Assembly: GCF_009914755.1 (NCBI RefSeq)
Contig: NC_060935.1
Strand: one strand, 5' to 3'
Length of the DNA: 64,000 nt
Source: the human T2T-CHM13v2.0 reference genome, Homo sapiens
Shown here piece by piece: positions 57,201-64,000 of the stretch (its first letter is position 1; each line of letters opens with the position of its first letter). The notes beneath the pieces were generated by a model. It was not told the DNA's origin. It searched no databases and saw only the letters and a list, made by a program, of their open reading frames with translations. A program made the position numbers and the translations under genes.

Positions 57201-60200
57201 TGGTGTGTGACTTTGAGTAAGTAACTTAATCTCTCTGAGATTCAGTTTCCTCATCTGAAGAATGGGGTGTTAAGAATTCCTACCCCATCTGGAGTTGGAG
57301 TAAGGAACAAGTGAGATGAATGTAAGGATAGCTTACGGCAGAGTAATCAATCAGCCAGTGTGTTTGCATTATTAGTAGTGTTACTTTTATAATTGCTATT
57401 TCCACTATTTTGGAGTCTAGCACAGGAATCCATGGGAGAGGCGTCTCTTGAGCTTTAGGATTCTGAGAAGAAGACTGGATTCTAGGCAGGATAGTCCTGG
57501 GCTTGGTTAGGGTAAGGCCCTGGGATTGGCTTACTTTGTAATGAGACCTATCCCAAGGGCTGAAGAGTGGTCTGCGGACATGCTCTGAAACCTAGACCTG
57601 GTTTGAAGCCCCAGCCAGGTTGCTGGTTTGCTGTGTCACTCAGGCTGTGTCTCCGGCCCATGCTGGGCCTCCCTTTCATGAGCCCCTCCAGCTCTGGGTT
57701 TCCTGCCATGGGTGCTGAGAATCCTGTTCCTCGCCCTGCACCCACCCCCATGCCAATTACTGCTGTCGTGTCTTCACAGCCATCCCTGGGCGCCTGCGTG
57801 GTGGAGCTGGAGCTTCCCTCGCACTGGTTCTCACAGGCCTCCACCACACGGGCCGAGCTGGCCTACACGCTTGAGCCTGCAGCTGAGGGCCCTGGGGGCT
57901 GTGGCTCCGGCGAGGAGAACGACCCTGGGGAGCAGGCCCTCCCAGTGGGGGGTGTGGAGCTGCGCCCAGCAGACCCCCCGCAGTACCAGGAGGTACCTCT
58001 GGACGAGGCTGTGACTCTGCGGGTGCCTGACATGCCAGTGCGGCCCGGCCAGCTCTTTAGTGCTACCCTCCTGCTTCGGCACAACTTCACAGCCAGCCTC
58101 CTGACCCTGCGGTGAGCACCAGGCCACGGGGATGGGTGAGGGTGGGAACCTCTGTGGGAAGACTAGGGACAGGTACCTGCTCCTCCTGGGGTCCTTGCTG
58201 GAATCCTTGACCTCTGCAAAACATGTGTCCACCAAACTCCTTCCAGGTAAAAAGCCATGACTGTGCTGGTAGGAGCCCACCATGGGCACAGCCCTGGAAT
58301 TAGAGTCAGAAGTAGGAAGCTGCCCCTTCCCCTGGCACCTCCCTGAGATTCCTTTGTCCAATGGGGCTAACGGTCCACCTTCAGGGCAGCTGCAAGTCTC
58401 CAGGGAGGGGAACCCGCAAAGGGCTTAGAGACTGCAGTACCTAAGTGTGAGCTCTTGCTCCAGTGCTCCAGAGAGGGATATTTGCCCCAATCACGTTCAC
58501 CTACATGCTGTCCCTCCTTGCCACCCTCGCCGTAGGAGTCTAGCCTTTGGACAGAGCCTGCTCTTCCCCATAGGAAGGCCCTGATTCTTTGTGTCCTTTT
58601 CTGTAATAAGTTCCCCCAAAGCAGCCCCCACCCACCTACCCAATTCACCCGGCAAGGGCTTGCAGAGTATGACTTGCTTCTGGAGTCCAGCGCAGGAATC
58701 CATGGGAGAGGCATCTCTTAGGCTTTAAGATTCTGAGAAGCCTGAGTTCTAGGCAGGATAGTCCTGGGCTTGGTTAGGGTGAGGCATTGGGACTTGCTCA
58801 CTTTGTAATGAGATCTTTCCTGAGGATCGAAGAGCAGTCTGTGGACATGCTTTGAAACCTAGACCTAGTTTCAAGCCCTGCCTGGGTTTGTGCATGTCCC
58901 GTCTCTGTGTCTCCCCATCTCCTACGCCCTCCTATGCTCACTCTTATTAAGCAGATCTTTCCTAGACACTTACAGCCTGCCAAGCCCTGTGTCTTCACTC
59001 TGCAGATCCAAACACGAGCAAGGGCCAGTCCCTATCTGGCAGAAAGGGGCCCCCAGTGGTAGGGAAGGGAGCTGGATGGGCATGAATTGGATTAGAAGGC
59101 ATGTGGGTGTGTAAGCACTGAGGGAGGTTCAAAGTGCGGTGGGAGCTCAGGTGAGTGGGTGCAGTAAGGGGGAAATTCATCCCACCACTGGAAAAGCTTT
59201 CTAAAGGAAATGGTCTGTGAGTTGTTGGAGGCTTAAAGCATCAGCAGGTAAAGTAAGAAAGGGCAGAGCAGGCTGAAGGCACAGACTGGGCAAAGGCTTG
59301 GAGTCACGAATGGGTGCTGTGTGTGTGGGAAACTTGTGTGTAGCTGAAGCAGAGAGTGCATGGAGAGATGTCACAACCGAAGTTAAGGCTGGACCAGACC
59401 CTGGAGGGCCCCCAAATGCCCGGCTAAGCTTTGACCTTATGGGCAGTGGGGAGGCGTAAGTGGTCTTTGGGTGGGGGAGAGCTGTAAGGTGTGAGCTGCA
59501 CTGAGGCGGGGTCCTTCTGGGTTGGAGGATGGTGAAGAGGAGATTCAGACTGGAGCCAGGGAGGTCAGATGGCTTTGGCCCCTTGTCTTTCCCCTTCAAT
59601 CCAGCCCACAGTTCAGCATGCACCTTGCCAAACTGAGCCTATACTCTCTTCCCCAGGATCAAGGTGAAGAAGGGGCTGCATGTGACAGCCGCCCGCCCAG
59701 CCCAGCCCACACTCTGGACTGCCAAGCTAGACCGCTTCAAGGGCTCCAGGCACCACACCACCCTCATCACCTGCCACCGTGCTGGGCTCACAGAGCCAGA
59801 TTCCAGGTGGGCAGTTTCCCTCCACCCAGGGGGCAAAGGAGGGAGGGCTGGTTATAGAGTGCAGTTGAGCAGATTTGGAGGCTGCCATGCTGCCTCTAGA
59901 TCCCCAGGTGAGCAGACCCAAGGACAGATTTTTTCAAGGAAGCAGCACAAAGCAGGCATAATCCATTCCTTCATTCATTCATTCGGCCACTATCTTCCCA
60001 GCCCCAGCCATGTGCCAGGCATAGCAAGTGTCTGTGAGTCTTATTCTAATAGATGCCAACCAATCCTGTGCCCCAGGTAGAGCCCTCATAGCCACTACTC
60101 CATCCCCCTGCTTCCACCAAATGATCCTTTCTCTGGGCCATTCACATTCCCCCAAAAAGCCCAGCTGCAGTTCTGCGGTTGTGAACTCTTCTTATTCATG

Positions 60201-63200
60201 CCCTGAGCCTGGGTCAAGGCCATGGACTCAGTAGCCCCAGTTCGAATTCTGGTTCTGATGCTTTTGGGATGGGCAAAACCTTGGGCAAGCCAGTTAACAT
60301 TCCCCTACCCAAGCCTCAGTTTCTTCACTTGTGAAATAGGAATAATAATGCATCCCTTAGCATTTTTGAAAATAAAATACAGTGCTGCATATCAGGCACC
60401 CAGGACGGTTCCCAGCACATAGGTTTTTGTTTGATCAAAGGAAGCTTATCATTCAGAGGGTCAAGTGTCTGGTCCTGGGACCTGGAAGTGAATCTCCCGC
60501 ATGCCACCTCAGTGGCTGTGGAAAGCGGAAGTCTGGGGGAAGCGGGCCCGGGCAGGCAGGGGAGTGAGCCACCTTGCCAGGTGGGAGGTGGTTAAATGGC
60601 TTCATGGATCTTAGAGAGGCCAAGAGTGGGTCAGAGTTTGGGGTCTAGAGCGAGGATGCTTGGGTTTAGATCCCAGCCCCGCTACTTTTTGCTGTGTGGT
60701 CTTAAGTGAGCTATGTAACCTCTGTGCCTCAGTTTCCTCCTGTGTAAAATGGGGATAATCATGAATGCAGGAAGTGCTGAGGCCATGCCTGGCAGCTAGC
60801 AAGCATTTGGCTTCTCTGTCTCCTTTGGCCAGCAGTCCCCTTGAACTGTCTGAGTTCCTATGGGTGGACTTTGTGGTGGAGAATAGCACTGGTGGGGGCG
60901 TAGCGGTCACTCGCCCCGTCACGTGGCAGCTGGAGTACCCAGGCCAGGCCCCTGAAGCAGAGAAGGACAAAATGGTGTGGGAAATCCTGGTGTCTGAGCG
61001 GGACATCAGAGCCCTTATCCCACTGGCCAAGGTAAGGAGACCTCCATCTCTGCCTGGGAAGGCTGGAGGCCAAGTCCCAGGAGCCCCATGAGCTGAGGGG
61101 CCTGGGGCTGAGCCCCTCCTCCACCCCCAGGCTGAGGAGCTGGTGAATACAGCACCACTGACTGGAGTGCCCCAGCATGTCCCCGTGCGCCTTGTCACTG
61201 TGGACGGCGGGGGGGCCTTGGTGGAGGTGACAGAGCATGTCGGCTGCGAGTCTGCCAACACACAGGTCCTGCAGGTGAGTGGCAGGTGCCCAGCTCATGT
61301 GAGTCTGCATTTGTGTGGGCACAGTTACGCACACACACCTTTCCTCCTTCCTCATGTGGGTCCCCAAGAGAACAGCTTCTTCTTGAGACGAGAAACCTCA
61401 TGGGAGGAACCACAGCTTCAACTTCTTTTGTTCCAGCCACCTCTCTCCCGAGTCAAGTAACCCTAACAGCCCCCCGACCTTAGACACTTTCACGCTCATT
61501 ATTGCACTGGCAAGTGCGCTGGCCTGAGAGAGTCGAGAGCACATACTCTGGGATCAGAAAGTTTTAGTTTGAAACACATCTTTGTTGTCAACCAGCTTTG
61601 TGATCATGGGCTGGTCTCTTAACCTCTCTGAGCCTCGTTACCTAAACTTTAAAATGAGAACATATCTTCAGGTTGTTGTAAGAATTAAAAGCACTTTAAG
61701 ACAGTATTTAGCAGATAGCAGGGGCTGAAACAATGGCAGTTATTGCTGTTATAATATGATGTAATAATTATACAATGGTAAAAATTATTATTATTATTAT
61801 TACCGGTGATTGTGAAGTGAAATAAAAGGGAGGGTGGTAGAGCAACTTCCTCTATCTTGAAGTTCTAAGAGGGGAAGCATGGAGTCTGCATGTATGCAAA
61901 TCCCAGCCACCTGAAGGGGGAAGGTGCCTTTCCCCACTTGTGGTCCTTTGCTCAAATGTGTGTGGTTCCTGCTGGAGGGCCTTGGTGGGAGATCTGCTTT
62001 GTCCCACCTCTGCCTACCTGGCTGTAGCTGGTTGCCAGGTGGCTCCAAGAGCAATGTCAAAGGCCAGCATGAATAAGGAGCCAAAGTTTTGGGTTCACAC
62101 CCCTGCTCTGCCAGGAGGAAGACTGGTATGCAATGGCCAGTTCCCCTGACTGAGCCCCAGGGAACCTCAAGGAATGGCCCCTACAGTAAAATCTTAAACA
62201 AAGAACAGGGGCTTAACCAACAATCCTGCTGCAACATGCATTCCAGTGACACACAGAGCTGAACTCAGTGGGAGCCCGTCCTACGGCCTGAGGTCAGGGC
62301 TGCTCTCTTCTGGCCCATGCCTTTTTTTTTTTTTAATCTATTTATTTTGAAACAGAGTCTCACTCTGTCCCCAGGCTGGAGTGCAATGGTACAGTCCGGC
62401 TCACTGCAGTCTCAGCTACCCAGGCTCAAGGGATCCTCCCACCTCAGCCTCCCCAGTAGCTAGGACTACAGGCATGTGCCACCACACCCGGCTGATTTAT
62501 TGTATTTTTTGTAGAGAGGGAGTTTTGCCATGTTGCCTAGGCTGGTCTCAAACTCCTGGACTCAAGCGATCCACCCACCTCGGCCTCTCAGAGTGCTGGG
62601 ACTACAGGCATGAGCCACCCACCGGGCCCAGCCTCACACCTGTCTTTAGTGGCTTAGCCCGCCCGCCTGCCCTCTGCCCTTCCATAGGTGTCTGAGGCCT
62701 GTGATGCCGTGTTCGTGGCTGGCAAGGAGAGCCGGGGCGCCCGGGGGGTGCGAGTGGACTTCTGGTGGCGCCGGCTCCGCGCCTCGCTGCGGCTGACCGT
62801 GTGGGCCCCGCTGCTACCGCTGCGTATCGAGCTCACCGACACCACCCTCGAGCAGGTCCGCGGCTGGAGGGTACCTGGCCCTGCTGAAGGGTGAGTGGAG
62901 GCCTGAGGAAGCTGGCAGGCCTTGGCGAGTCACACTGGGACGGAGAGGGCGCAGGGGACACAGCCATGGGCCCAAGTCGGGGTCAGAAAAACTGCCCTGT
63001 TGCTTGCAGTTCCTTCTGCCCACCTCCACCCTGGGCCGCCCAGCCAATGATCGCTTTCTGTGAAATTGCTGACTTCCGCATCCCTCTCCTCCTTCCCTGC
63101 CTCACTTCTCCCGTAGCACCCTCCACTTCCTAATCTACGTCAGTACTGGTTAATGTTGCCTGTCCATCCTTTCCACGCTCCTCCCCCGAGAATGTCAGCC

Positions 63201-63910
63201 CCTTGAAGCTGCGGTCTGTCTATGCTGGTCGTACCCTCAGAGCCTAAGATGACACAGAGCTCAGGAAATGAACACCCTCGGAGGGGGCTCCCCAAAACCC
63301 AGGGAGAGGTGGCCCACGCCTCTGGAATCTAGCTTCCAGGCCCTTCAGAGAGTGAGCGCCCCCAGGGTCCCCGTAAGAGAGCGTCTCCCCTGCGGTCCAC
63401 TTGGGAGCAAGAGCGGTGATCGAGGCATAGCGCCAGTCGGGAGTGGGCTGGGGCGGCTCGCCTGCAGGTGGAAGGGCCTGACCCCAAGAGGGGCGGATGT
63501 CTGCGTTTGAGAAACAGGAGCTGCTGGTGATTAGGAGCCGCCGGGGACGAGCTGCGGGTCTCCAGCAGCTGGGCCCTGGGCAGGCTGGGGCCGTTCAGCG
63601 CTGACGGCCAGTCCCGGCCTCCCCGCCCTGCAGGCCTGCGGAACCCGCTGCAGAGGCGTCAGATGAGGCCGAGCGGCGCGCCCGTGGCTGCCACCTGCAG
63701 TACCAGCGGGCCGGTGTGCGCTTCCTCGCCCCCTTCGCGGCCCACCCGCTGGACGGCGGCCGCCGCCTCACGCACCTGCTTGGCCCCGACTGGCTGCTAG
63801 ACGTGTCCCACCTCGTGGCGCCACACGCCCGCGTGCTGGACTCGCGTGTAGCCTCTCTGGAGGGTGGCCGTGTCGTGGTGGGCCGGGAGCCCGGTGTCAC
63901 CTCCATTGAG
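53785..63910 (+). CDS. TMEM132A: Transmembrane protein 132A, coding exons 1-9 (continues beyond the window)
   Basis: Exons 53785-53884, 56355-56569, 56792-57010, 57780-58111, 59657-59806, 60833/60836-61031, 61131-61274, 62688-62890, 63634-63910; phases consistent. [59 protein letters not shown]...LLRASYPPF...[28 protein letters not shown]...[17 protein letters not shown]132 family motifs. Confidence 0.97.
57411..57654 (+). repeat. Direct repeat copy 1 (~240 bp), TMEM132A intron 3
   Basis: Aligns by eye with 58681-58914 (shared blocks caggaatccatgggagagg, gattctgagaag, ttctaggcaggatagtcctgggcttggttagggt, ctttgtaatgaga, ggacatgct..gaaacctagacct). Confidence 0.9.
58681..58914 (+). repeat. Direct repeat copy 2, TMEM132A intron 4
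   Basis: See copy 1. Confidence 0.9.
62322..62632 (-). mobile_element. AluJ in TMEM132A intron 7
   Basis: Diverged dimer with poly-T at left. Confidence 0.88.
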
Positions 63911-64000
63911 GTAAGCAGCTGGGGACCAGGAGAGTAGACCCCCTGAGAAGGGTGGAGGGGCCCCCAAAATGTTCGTGGGTGGGAGTGAAGAGTGTGCCAG

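Noticed and set aside
60611-61367. 216-aa and 169-aa minus-strand ORFs
   Set aside because: Antisense shadows of TMEM132A exons 6-7.

Overview
Primate (most likely human, chr11q12.2 by gene order) genomic DNA, not a prokaryotic locus. It holds four protein-coding genes. ZP1 (+) is present as its last 8 exons, 114-4813. PRPF19 (-) is complete, with 16 coding exons at 35527-20322 (504 aa). TMEM109 (+) is complete, CDS 48845-51316 (243 aa), and is transcribed divergently from PRPF19. TMEM132A (+) has coding exons 1-9 from 53785 and runs off the right edge. All exon boundaries were walked by hand (GT/AG sites, phases consistent). The rest is mostly transposable-element sequence: a ~6 kb 5'-truncated, decayed L1PA5-like LINE with an AluY inside, a near full-length Tigger1 inside a nested TE stack in PRPF19 intron 15, several solo LTRs, Alus, MIR and L2. 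Repeat subfamily names are from memory of consensus sequences and need RepeatMasker/Dfam confirmation. I find no evidence of a wholly new biological system. The best unexplained items are an apparent L1 3' transduction, a small orphan poly(A)-tailed retroposed fragment in TMEM109 intron 1, a ~240 bp direct repeat bracketing TMEM132A exon 4, and a 5'UTR (GGC)8 in frame with TMEM132A.
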